From: Thermoanaerobaculia bacterium
GTDB lineage: Bacteria > Acidobacteriota > Thermoanaerobaculia > Multivoradales > UBA5704
NCBI GenBank assembly: GCA_044226625.1
Contig: JBGAGQ010000007.1
Span: forward strand, 64,001-128,000
Length of the DNA stretch: 64,000 bases
Reading direction: 5' to 3'
Positions 1 to 9,557 of the stretch are shown here, piece by piece. The translations under genes and the position numbers were made by a program. Under the pieces are notes generated by a model. The model worked only from the letters and a program-made list of their open reading frames with translations. It had not been told where the DNA came from and searched no databases. Numbering within the stretch: the first letter of the stretch is position 1; every line of letters starts with the position of its first letter.

Positions 1-302
1 CCCGAAGGATCTCGTCCAAAGTCGGCGACCTCGACCACGTTCGGATGCCGCAGACGGCCGAGCGCTTCGGCCTCGCGGGCGAAACGATCCAGATGGGAGG
101 ACTCCGCCGAGCCGGCCTTTAGGAGCTTGACGGCGAACGATCTTTTTAAACCAACGTGGAGCGCTCGGTAAGCCACGCCGCTCGAGCCTTCGCCGAGACG
201 TTCTCCGAGGAGGTAACGCCCGTCCAGGAGGTGCGCCTCCCCGAGGTTGCCCGGTGATTCCGGCGGCGGGATGGAAGAGGAGGAGGTTCCAATTGGGTAC
301 AT
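1..302 (-). CDS. Hanks-type Ser/Thr protein kinase, N-terminal part (runs off the window start)
   Basis: Not in the ORF track. Manual translation from ATG 302: MYPIG...LDGRYLLGERLGEGSSGVAYRALHVGLKRSFAVKLLK...RFAREAEALGRLRHPNVVEVADFG, showing the Gly-rich loop, AVK lysine, alphaC Glu and HPNV motif. Confidence 0.9.
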   Translation of the reverse strand, partial: MYPIGTSSSSIPPPESPGNLGEAHLLDGRYLLGERLGEGSSGVAYRALHVGLKRSFAVKLLKAGSAESSHLDRFAREAEALGRLRHPNVVEVADFGRDPS

Positions 303-352
303 CCGCGCGGATTCGCTGCGACGAACCGGCGCGGTTCGGCGCGCGTTCTCAC

Positions 353-3300
353 TCATCGCCAATCGCCCGACAGTTGGAACGCCGCCCAGGCATAGGGATG
401 CTGGAGCTCCCGATGGGGTGAGCGGATCAGATCGACCTGGGCGCGACGGAGGGCTTCGTCTTTGCTCAGGCCCGCCCGAAGGTAGGCGTAAAAGCGCTTC
501 ATCAGCTCCGCGGTGGCCCGATCGGAAACGCTCCAAAGCGAGCCGAGCACCGAGCGCGCACCGGCGTACTGAAACGCTCGGGTCAGGCCCAGCAGCCCCT
601 CGCCACCGTTCTCTTGCCCGAGAGCACTGTCGCACGATGAAAGGGTGACGAGGTCGGCATCGAGACGCATGCCTTCAAAGATCTCCCAAGCCTGGAGCAA
701 GCCGTTGTCCTCCCCCTCCTTCGGATGCTCGGGGATGGTGAGCGCAAGAGCGGAGTTCAACGGGAAGCGTTCGTCCAGGAGGCCGTGGCAGGAGAAGTGG
801 AGATATCGGGTCTCCTTCGGGACAGCCTTCGCGCGCTCTTCCGTGGCGTCGGCGCCGAGAAACGTTCGGGCTCCAGGAAAGAGCGCCGCGATGCCGCGCA
901 CTTCGTCAGAGGAGGCAGCCAGAGGGTTCAGGGCGAGGCCACGGGTCACCGCGGAGCGGACTTCCGGATCGGTCGTACCGGGTGACACGGCCGCTGGATA
1001 TTTCGGATCGCCGAATGCGACGAGATCGCCCGGCTCGATCGGCCGGGATCTCCGTCGAGCTTTGAGCAGATCGGCGTAAACGGTCGCCGATAGCACTTCG
1101 TGAATCGGTTTCTGTTCGGCAAGCCACCGACCGTCTCTCCGGAGAGCGGCGAACGGCAAGGTATGCAACGGGCCATCCGGTGAAATCAAGAGCCGGCTCG
1201 CCTTTGAGATCGCAGCGTCAGCGGGACGAAGCAGGAGGTCGTACAGCTCCCGGGCCTGGTCGGCAAGCGCAGCCTGCCGAGGCCCCTGACGAAGTAGCAA
1301 CGCGCGAAATGACTCGACCCGCTTCCGAAGGTCTCCAGATCCGATGGCGATCGGGAAAACCTCCAAGCCGGGGTCGTTTCCTTGCGGATGGACGACGAAG
1401 AGAAACGATCTTTCTTCGCCAGTCGACCAGGCAAGCAGCACCGTCCCCGGATCGAGAATTGCCCGAGCTCCCACGAGATCAAGTGGGCGCGGGTACTGAA
1501 GCGCCGCGACGCGGGGCGATGATCTTCGGATTCGTTCGGCAATCTTCTCTTGCTGGGCGCGGAGTTCGCGAAGGCGGACCAGCAAGCGATCGATCTCGAC
1601 CTGATCGCGCGCCGGACTCAGGCGCTCAAGGATCGCCTGGGTTCGGTCGAACTCTGCGTTGGCCTGCCGCCTTTCCCGATCCAGTTGCGGCAAGACGTCG
1701 GTGCGACCCCGCACGTCACGTTGAGCCAACAACTCGAGAAACGCGCGCGCACGCCCGCGTTCAAGGCCGTGGAAGGCCTCCTCAGGTCGATCGACGTCAA
1801 CCAAGGCGGCGCTGCAATCGCGATATGTCTCGGAGGTCTTCGAGCCGAAAGCCGACCGTCCCTCCGGCGTTCCCCCGAGCTTCCTGCGCTGGACATCGAA
1901 CGCTTCACTCGCACGGCAGAAATGCACGACAGCAAGAAGCAGGTCTCTCTGCCGCCTATCGATCTTGCCAAGCCAGTTCAGAGTCTCGGCTTCGCGGCTT
2001 GTCCCCGGCGCCAACTTCTCGTAAATCGCCAGCGAGCGCTCGAGATATTCCTTCGCCTTCTCGGAATCCCCCTTTCTGAAGCTGATCGAGCCCAACACTC
2101 TTGAACTGTCTGAGACAAAAATACTCTCTGGAGCCAGTCTCCGGCGCAAGGATAGTGACTGAAGCAGTAAGCGCTCTGCCGGCGCGAGATCGCCTCGCTC
2201 AAAAGCGTTCAAGCCACGCTGATAGTATGTACCTCCCAACTCAAAGCTCCATCGCATCGTCCTTTCTTGAATTGACTGAATCTGCCCCAAATACTCGTCA
2301 ACCTTCGCAAGGTTGCCATTCCTTTTTTCGATTGCGGCAAGTGTATAGAGATTGAAAATGACATAAAAAGACATCGGCGGCGAATCGCGAGCAATGCGCT
2401 CAGTGATCACCTGAGCTCTCCTGTATTGCTCCCTCGCTCCAGATAAATCGCCGGAAAGTCCTGCTAAATCTCCCAGAAGGTTGCAGTTCTGGGACGATAG
2501 AGGGCCCTCCGGCGCAAGCCGCCCCAGTAGTTCCTCTGCTCGGCGAATCCGGACCTCCGCACTTGCAAGCTCGCCACGTTTTAACTCAACGGCACCGAGA
2601 GTACTCAGGGTGTTCGCAACTTCATACCCGTCAGCGTTCAACTTGCCGGCGGTTAAGAGCGCTGCTGTAAAGATGGTTTCGGCCTTTTCGATCTCTCCTC
2701 GTACAACAGCCAGAGTTCCCAGGTCGACGTGCAGAGCCCAATCCTCGAAAGTCTCTTGACTGTGCCGATCGCGTAAGATTGCGAACGCATCGTCCAATAC
2801 ATGGCTTGCCGAATCGATACTTCCGCCGCGTAAGGCTACAGCCGCTTCGCCTTCCAAGCTCCAAAGGAGATCGATGCTACTGGGAGCCGCTTCACGCTGA
2901 ATCTGAGCGGCTTGCTTAAAGAGACTCTGACTAGAGGCCAATTCGAACTTCAGATACCTGATTTCTGCCAGATGGAAGAGAGTTGCCGCTAAAGACAAAC
3001 TCCCGGATTGCTTCCGTCCTAACTCGTCTTGTAGAAGGTGATCCGCTAGGTCGATCAGGTCTCCTGGCAGCCCGTCTTTCCTTCTCAACCATTCGACGAG
3101 AAGTTGGATCGCGACTTCCCGTCGTCGTACTCCTAAACGCTGGGTCGCGAGACGAAGGTGTTCTTCGCCCTCGCTCCACCTTCCTTTTGCAGCGAGCTCT
3201 CTGCCCAAACGCGCCTGGAGCCACGCGGCTCTCACAGGCTCATTCGTCGAAACTGCTATTTTCACCGCCGTACGCCAGCTCTCGATTCCTCCGTCGAAAT

Positions 3301-3829
3301 CGCCAGACGCTATTCGTCGTTGCCCCGCGCGAAACAACGCGAGCAAACCTGCCGGCAGGCTCGGCCTGGGCCACAGGCACCAGCGCCCCGGAGGCAAGGT
3401 CCACTCCCTTTTCTTCCCGTCTCGCGTCCCCAGGAGAGTCACCGGTCCCAAGGGCGCCTGCAGCGCTTCGACGTCGGAAAGATCGAGCGGCGTCGCCACG
3501 GGGCCGCCCGCCCGACCCCGCTTCCAAGCGAGCAGAACATCGCCCGCGCGGATTCCTGCCCGGTCGGCGGCCCATCCTTTGCTGACCGCATCGACAACCG
3601 CCTGCCGTTCGGGCTCACCGGCAATAAGGGACGGCGCGTACCCCTCGGGACCTACCTTGGGAATCCTGTCCGCCGCTCGTGTTCCGATCCGAGCCCCCAG
3701 AAGCAAGCCGGCTGCGACGAGGACCGCCGAGGTCACGACATTCAAGGCGTTCCAGACACCTCGGCTGACCGTTGGTTTCGACTGATCGGTGGAGTTCTCG
3801 GAGAACGGCATCAACACCTCTTTTGACAC
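353..3829 (-). CDS. Membrane-anchored PDZ-TPR-CHAT (caspase-like protease) protein
   Basis: N-terminal hydrophobic segment, PDZ-like AADRAGIRAGDVLL, many TPR-like repeats, C-terminal CHAT motifs SPDGPLHTLPFAAL, LHFSCHG, LSSCDSA and HPYAWAAF. Confidence 0.9.
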   Translation of the reverse strand: MSKEVLMPFSENSTDQSKPTVSRGVWNALNVVTSAVLVAAGLLLGARIGTRAADRIPKVGPEGYAPSLIAGEPERQAVVDAVSKGWAADRAGIRAGDVLLAWKRGRAGGPVATPLDLSDVEALQAPLGPVTLLGTRDGKKREWTLPPGRWCLWPRPSLPAGLLALFRAGQRRIASGDFDGGIESWRTAVKIAVSTNEPVRAAWLQARLGRELAAKGRWSEGEEHLRLATQRLGVRRREVAIQLLVEWLRRKDGLPGDLIDLADHLLQDELGRKQSGSLSLAATLFHLAEIRYLKFELASSQSLFKQAAQIQREAAPSSIDLLWSLEGEAAVALRGGSIDSASHVLDDAFAILRDRHSQETFEDWALHVDLGTLAVVRGEIEKAETIFTAALLTAGKLNADGYEVANTLSTLGAVELKRGELASAEVRIRRAEELLGRLAPEGPLSSQNCNLLGDLAGLSGDLSGAREQYRRAQVITERIARDSPPMSFYVIFNLYTLAAIEKRNGNLAKVDEYLGQIQSIQERTMRWSFELGGTYYQRGLNAFERGDLAPAERLLLQSLSLRRRLAPESIFVSDSSRVLGSISFRKGDSEKAKEYLERSLAIYEKLAPGTSREAETLNWLGKIDRRQRDLLLAVVHFCRASEAFDVQRRKLGGTPEGRSAFGSKTSETYRDCSAALVDVDRPEEAFHGLERGRARAFLELLAQRDVRGRTDVLPQLDRERRQANAEFDRTQAILERLSPARDQVEIDRLLVRLRELRAQQEKIAERIRRSSPRVAALQYPRPLDLVGARAILDPGTVLLAWSTGEERSFLFVVHPQGNDPGLEVFPIAIGSGDLRKRVESFRALLLRQGPRQAALADQARELYDLLLRPADAAISKASRLLISPDGPLHTLPFAALRRDGRWLAEQKPIHEVLSATVYADLLKARRRSRPIEPGDLVAFGDPKYPAAVSPGTTDPEVRSAVTRGLALNPLAASSDEVRGIAALFPGARTFLGADATEERAKAVPKETRYLHFSCHGLLDERFPLNSALALTIPEHPKEGEDNGLLQAWEIFEGMRLDADLVTLSSCDSALGQENGGEGLLGLTRAFQYAGARSVLGSLWSVSDRATAELMKRFYAYLRAGLSKDEALRRAQVDLIRSPHRELQHPYAWAAFQLSGDWR

Positions 3830-3929
3830 GGAGATAGGCGGGATGAGTTAAACGGCGATCTAGCCCCCTCAAAAGCGTGCGGCCCGGGGTCGCCGGGCCG
3901 CGTCCTTCCCCCGCGTTCGGCTTTACCGC

Positions 3930-4445
3930 TCAATACCGGATCAGCGACAACACCTCGTACCCCTCGAGCTTGTTCCGGCCCGAAAGGAACGTCAGCTCGA
4001 TGACGAACCCGAGGCCCACCACCTTGCCGCCGCGCTGCTCGACGAGCTTGGCCGAGGCGGCCGCGGTGCCTCCGGTTGCGATCAGGTCGTCGACGATGAG
4101 CACGCGGTCGCCCGGCTCGATCGCGTCCTCGTGCATCTGGAGGGTGTCCTTGCCGTATTCGAGGTCGTAGGTCTCGCTGATCGCCTTGGCGGGGAGCTTG
4201 CCCGGTTTGCGCACGGGGACGAAGCCGGCGTTCAGGTTGTAGGCGACCATCGGGCCGAACATGAAGCCGCGCGACTCCATGCCGATCACCTTGTCGACCT
4301 GCTTGTTCGCGAACTGCCATACGAACCGGTCGACCGTCATGCGGAGCGCGAGCGGGTCCTTGAGCAGGGTGGTGATGTCGTAGAACAGGATGCCCGGCTT
4401 CGGGAAATCCGGCACTTCGCGGATGAAGCTCTTGAGGTCTTCCAT
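3930..4445 (-). CDS. apt: Adenine phosphoribosyltransferase
   Basis: [32 protein letters not shown]-binding [13 protein letters not shown]. Confidence 0.97.
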   Translation of the reverse strand: MEDLKSFIREVPDFPKPGILFYDITTLLKDPLALRMTVDRFVWQFANKQVDKVIGMESRGFMFGPMVAYNLNAGFVPVRKPGKLPAKAISETYDLEYGKDTLQMHEDAIEPGDRVLIVDDLIATGGTAAASAKLVEQRGGKVVGLGFVIELTFLSGRNKLEGYEVLSLIRY

Positions 4446-4496
4446 CGATGCCCCCTTCTAGTTCAGCCCATGGTTCGGCGAAGGTCTACCGCGACC

Positions 4497-4796
4497 TCAA
4501 CGCACGATTTCAAAACGGTCCCCGTCGGGGACGATGACTTCTTCGGACAGCGCCGTCCGCTCGACCCTCGCCGGATGCCCCGGCCCCTCGTCGAGCAGGC
4601 GCTGCGCGAGCTCGGTAAGCGCCGGCTCCGGGCCGAACGCCTCGATCTCGACCGCGCCATCCGCGCGGTTCCAGACCCTGCCGGCCAGGGACAGCTCGCG
4701 CGCCGTTCGCCGCACGAAATAGCGGAAGCCGACTCCCTGGACGCGGCCGGTGACGACGAGGCGGACGCCCGCGTTCAACCGGCGCTCCCCGCTCAC
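4497..4796 (-). CDS. acyP: Acylphosphatase
   Basis: GRVQGVGFR and GRVWNRADGAVE motifs; GTG start overlaps the pcm stop (GTGA). Confidence 0.92.
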   Translation of the reverse strand: MSGERRLNAGVRLVVTGRVQGVGFRYFVRRTARELSLAGRVWNRADGAVEIEAFGPEPALTELAQRLLDEGPGHPARVERTALSEEVIVPDGDRFEIVR

Positions 4797-5455
4797 GGCT
4801 TCGGCTCCTCCCAACCGTGGCGGCCGAGCAACGGCACGAACGCCACGTCCTCCCCCGCCTCGCGGGTCACCTCGCCCGCGGCGTCCTTGCGGTAGACCAC
4901 GAGGCGCTGGGCGTACAGCGTCCCTTCGGGGATGACCAGGATTCCCCCCGGGGCCAGCTGATCGAGCAACGGCGGCGGTACGCGCGGCGCTCCGGCGGTG
5001 ACGAGGATCCGGTCGAACGGCGCCACGTCGCTCCACCCGACCGTGCCGTCGAAGATCTGGATCTTGACGTTGTCGAGCTTCAGGTCGCGCATCCGGGCGA
5101 TCGCCTCCCGAGCGAGCGGCGCCACGCGCTCCAGACTGTAGACGCGGCGCGCGAGGAGAGCCAGGATCGCGGTCTGGTAGCCCGAGCCCGTGCCGATCTC
5201 GAGCACCGAGCTCTCGGGGCGGACGTCGAGCAGCTCGGTCATGCGCGCCACGACCGTCGGCTGCGAGATGGTCTGCCCCTCGCCGATCGAGAGCGCGCTG
5301 TCGGAGTAGGCCAGGTGCGGCAGCGTCCCCGGCTTGACGAACAGATGGCGCGGAATCCGGCGCATTGCCTCGAGCACCCGCTCGTCGCGGATCCCCCGCC
5401 GGCGCGCGAGGTCGCCGATCATCCGCTCGCGCGCGGTGACGAGCGGATCTTTCAT
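4793..5455 (-). CDS. pcm: Protein-L-isoaspartate O-methyltransferase
   Basis: IPRHLFV, GQTISQP, VLEIGTGSGYQ, APFDRI, VAFVPL; ATG overlaps the surE stop (classic surE-pcm order). Confidence 0.96.
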   Translation of the reverse strand: MKDPLVTARERMIGDLARRRGIRDERVLEAMRRIPRHLFVKPGTLPHLAYSDSALSIGEGQTISQPTVVARMTELLDVRPESSVLEIGTGSGYQTAILALLARRVYSLERVAPLAREAIARMRDLKLDNVKIQIFDGTVGWSDVAPFDRILVTAGAPRVPPPLLDQLAPGGILVIPEGTLYAQRLVVYRKDAAGEVTREAGEDVAFVPLLGRHGWEEPKP

Positions 5456-6270
5456 TCTTCGGAAGCGGACTCGCCGGGAGCGTCGTTCCCGGTATCTTCG
5501 GTGCCGCCGTTCAAATGGATCGCCGCGAGCTCCTCGCCGAGCGGCGCGAAGGTCTCGAGCCCCGGGTAGTAGGTGAGGTCGAGATGGAGCGGCGTGATCG
5601 AAACCTTGCCGCCCGTGATCGCCTCGTAATCGGTGCCGGTCTCCGGCTTCCATTTGGGCGTCCCGGCGATCCAGTAATACTTGCGGCCGCGCGGGTCGAG
5701 CTTCTCTTCGACCGTCTGCTGATAGGTCCGCCGCCCGAGCCGCGTGAAGGTCACGCCGCGAATCTCCCCGGCCGGCACGTTGACGTTCAGGATCAGGTCT
5801 TCGGGAAGTTTCCGCTGGTCTAGGACCAGACCGGCGAGCGTCTTCGCGAAGCGCGCCGCGGGCTCGAACGAGAAGCCCTCCGCCACCTCCTGGCTGAAGG
5901 CGAGCGAAGGAACGCCGAGAAGCGTCCCCTCGAACGTCGCCGAGACGGTCCCCGAGTAGGTCACGTCGTCGCCCAGGTTCAGCCCGAAATTGATCCCCGA
6001 GCAGACGAGATCGGGCTTGTGATCTTTGAGCAGGTGGAGGAGCGCGAGGTTCACGCAATCGGTCGGCGTACCGTCGACCGCGTACCGGTTCGGCTCGAGC
6101 TTGGTCATGCGCAGTGGCCGCGTGAGCGTCAGCGCGTGGCCGGTCGCGCTCTGCTCGCGGTCGGGTGCGACGACGAACACCTCGCCGAGCTCGCTCAAGG
6201 CGTTCGCCAGGAGCTTGATCCCCTCGGAGAAGATGCCGTCGTCGTTGGTGACCAGGATCCGCTTGCTCAA
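5452..6270 (-). CDS. surE: 5'/3'-nucleotidase SurE
   Basis: ILVTNDDG, VVAPDREQS, GTPTDCV, SGINFGLNLG, YSGTV, SITPL. Confidence 0.97.
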   Translation of the reverse strand: MSKRILVTNDDGIFSEGIKLLANALSELGEVFVVAPDREQSATGHALTLTRPLRMTKLEPNRYAVDGTPTDCVNLALLHLLKDHKPDLVCSGINFGLNLGDDVTYSGTVSATFEGTLLGVPSLAFSQEVAEGFSFEPAARFAKTLAGLVLDQRKLPEDLILNVNVPAGEIRGVTFTRLGRRTYQQTVEEKLDPRGRKYYWIAGTPKWKPETGTDYEAITGGKVSITPLHLDLTYYPGLETFAPLGEELAAIHLNGGTEDTGNDAPGESASEE

Positions 6271-6289
6271 AACGACTCGACCGCCCCTC

Positions 6290-7159
<870 letters not shown>

Positions 7160-7273
7160 GCGCAAATCTCCTCAGAAAAACGTCGAATAGCTCCTCAAAC
7201 CGACCGCGCTGGACGATTGCGAGCACCGAAGTCTAACAGCAGACCCACGACGGCGGGGCGAATCGCCCCCCCC

Positions 7274-8602
7274 TTACCGGACCACCGGCAAACCGGCCGC
7301 GCGCCAGGCGGCCATGCCGTCTCGGAGCCAGAGGAGGGTCCGAAAGCCGTCGCGCCCGGCGATCACGGCGGCGGCGCGGGCGCGGAGGCAGGCGCGGTCG
7401 TAACCGACGAGGACGATCGGCTCCCGGGCGAGGAACTTCTTCGGCCAGCGGGCGACGACGGCCGACTCGATCGCCGGCGTCCCTTGGGCGACCAGGGCGG
7501 GCGGCAGCGGCGAAGCGCCCGGCAGGTGCCCGCCGTCGAAGTCGGCGAGGTCGCGCAGGTCGAGGATCGGTAGCGGCGCCGGACGGTTGCCCGCAAGCGC
7601 GGCGGGGTCGAGGAGGGCTGCCACCTCGGCCGGCTCGACGATCCGGACCCACGGCAGCTTCGCCGCCTGCCAGGCGACCACGCCGCCGCGCACCACGCGC
7701 ACTTCGAGCCCCATCGCGCGGAGGCGCAAATAGCCGATCGACTGGCGAGCCCCGGCGTGCCCCTCTCCCAGCAGCCCGAACGGCGCGCTGGGATCGACCG
7801 TCGATCCCGCCGCCGGCCCGAAGCGCTCGAACGCCGACCGGTCGGCCTGCGGATCGGGCAGGCGGCCGCCCGCCGGCAGGCCGAGCCGGGGATCCCACGG
7901 CAGGCTCGCCGGCGCGTGACCGGCCCGAAAGGCCGGAGGGGGCGCGTAGCCCACGGCCGCCCAGTCCCCCTCGGACCGGAGGTCGAGCAGCTGCATCGCC
8001 TTGCCCGACGCACCGACCGCCAGGGCCGAGAACGCCGCCGCCGGCTCGATCCAGACCTCGCGGCTCGACGGCACCCCGAACGCGCGGGGTGGGAGCCTCT
8101 TGTCGCGCCGCGCCGTGTCGAACCCGGCGGCCCCCCAGGCGTTCCAGCCGCCGTCGAGGACGCGCACGTTGCGGCAGCCGGCGCTTTCCAACCGCAGGAA
8201 CAGGCGTGCGGGGAATTCGAGATCCGAGCCGTAGAGGGCGATCGGCGACTCCGCGCCGAGACCGAGCGCGCCGAGCGCGGAGCGCAAGCAAGAGATTTCC
8301 GCGGCGTCCCCTTCCGGGCAGCGTTGTTGGAGCGCCCCGGGATCGAGGTGGACCGCTCCGGGCAGATGAGCCGCGGCGTAGTCCTTGGCGGTACGGACGT
8401 CGACGCGGAGGTATCCGTCCGCCGCGTCGAGCGCCCGCGGGGTGATCGCCACCGCGGGAAACGGCGCGGGCGGGGAAGGCGAAGGGGCGATGTCCGAGGG
8501 TGCCGACGGCGCCTGCTGCCCCGCCGAATTCGAGAAGGGGACGAGCAACGCGCAGACGAGGACCGAGAGCGCAAGGCGGAGCATCGACCAAGGATGCCAC
8601 AT
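7274..8602 (-). CDS. Secreted triple rhodanese-like domain protein
   Basis: Signal peptide (MLRLALSVLVCALL...), three D-x-R...H-x-P-G/A-A/S rhodanese starts, LDGGWNAW / GGVVAW / DGMAAW motifs. Start is 8602 or 8584. Confidence 0.8.
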   Translation of the reverse strand: MWHPWSMLRLALSVLVCALLVPFSNSAGQQAPSAPSDIAPSPSPPAPFPAVAITPRALDAADGYLRVDVRTAKDYAAAHLPGAVHLDPGALQQRCPEGDAAEISCLRSALGALGLGAESPIALYGSDLEFPARLFLRLESAGCRNVRVLDGGWNAWGAAGFDTARRDKRLPPRAFGVPSSREVWIEPAAAFSALAVGASGKAMQLLDLRSEGDWAAVGYAPPPAFRAGHAPASLPWDPRLGLPAGGRLPDPQADRSAFERFGPAAGSTVDPSAPFGLLGEGHAGARQSIGYLRLRAMGLEVRVVRGGVVAWQAAKLPWVRIVEPAEVAALLDPAALAGNRPAPLPILDLRDLADFDGGHLPGASPLPPALVAQGTPAIESAVVARWPKKFLAREPIVLVGYDRACLRARAAAVIAGRDGFRTLLWLRDGMAAWRAAGLPVVR

Positions 8603-8681
8603 CCTCCTCCTTCCCCCGGGTGTAACGCCGCTCGCGTCGGCGCGCCGATCGAGAGGGAAGGGCCTCGAGCACCCCCGGCAA

Positions 8682-8732
8682 CATGATAAATTAATGCTAA
8701 AGAAGTAAGTTCCCGCTCCCAAGAAGGAGGAA
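8682..8732. promoter_or_regulatory. AT-rich divergent promoter region with RBS for the UDG-like gene
   Basis: catgataaattaatgctaaagaagtaagtt is strongly AT-rich against the GC-rich background; AAGGAGG lies just before ATG 8739. Confidence 0.5.
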
Positions 8733-8738
8733 CCGTCG

Positions 8739-9557
8739 ATGCCCACTCCGTTCTGCCCGGGTTACGGCGCCGAGCCGTACAAGACGCTGGTCGAGAACGC
8801 TCCGGGGGCCGAGGTCTTTCCGGCCAAGGATTTCCGCGTCGAGTGGGGGCCCATCTTCCATCGCGGCCGGCTCGACGGGAGCGCCCGGGTGCTCGTCCTC
8901 GGCCAAGATCCCGCCGCCCACGAGGCGGTGTTGCGGCGCATTCTCGTGGGCGCCGCGGGCAAGAGGGTTCAGGGGTTCTTGGCCCACCTCGGCCTGACGA
9001 CGAGCTACGTGATGATCAACACCTTTCTGTACAGCGTGTACGGCCAGCAGGGAGGAAACAAGCACAAGAACGATCCGGCGATCGCCGCATACCGAAACAC
9101 CTGGATCGCCGCGATCCTCGACCACCAGCCGATCGAGGCGGTGGTCGCTTTCGGCGGATTGGCGGACGCGGCGTGGCACCGGTGGCTCGCGTCGCCGGAA
9201 GCCGTGGGGCGCCCGCCGCTCCCCTACCGGCACGTGCTCCATCCGACCTCCTCGGACAGCGCCGGCGGCAGCGCGGCGACCAAGAAGGCGGCGATGAAGG
9301 CCATGCTCGCCTCCTACAACGTCGCGATCGAGGCGTTGATCCCCGCGATCGCGCATCCCGATACCGCGGACCGCGTGGCGCCGTACGGCGACGAGCTCCG
9401 CCTCGAGGATCTGCCGTCGATCCCGCAAGTCGATCTGCCCGCCGGCTTTCCCACGTGGGCGACCTCCACCGACAGCTGGGCCGCCCGCACCGGGGCGAAC
9501 GCGGCCGAGAAACGCCGGACCATCACCGTGACCGTTCCGGCTTCCGCGGTGCCCTGA
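8739..9557 (+). CDS. Uracil-DNA glycosylase superfamily protein
   Basis: Motif A VLVLGQDPAAHE, GAAGKRV, YVMIN, AVVAFGGLA, motif B VLHPTS; strong RBS. Confidence 0.82.
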   Translation: MPTPFCPGYGAEPYKTLVENAPGAEVFPAKDFRVEWGPIFHRGRLDGSARVLVLGQDPAAHEAVLRRILVGAAGKRVQGFLAHLGLTTSYVMINTFLYSVYGQQGGNKHKNDPAIAAYRNTWIAAILDHQPIEAVVAFGGLADAAWHRWLASPEAVGRPPLPYRHVLHPTSSDSAGGSAATKKAAMKAMLASYNVAIEALIPAIAHPDTADRVAPYGDELRLEDLPSIPQVDLPAGFPTWATSTDSWAARTGANAAEKRRTITVTVPASAVP

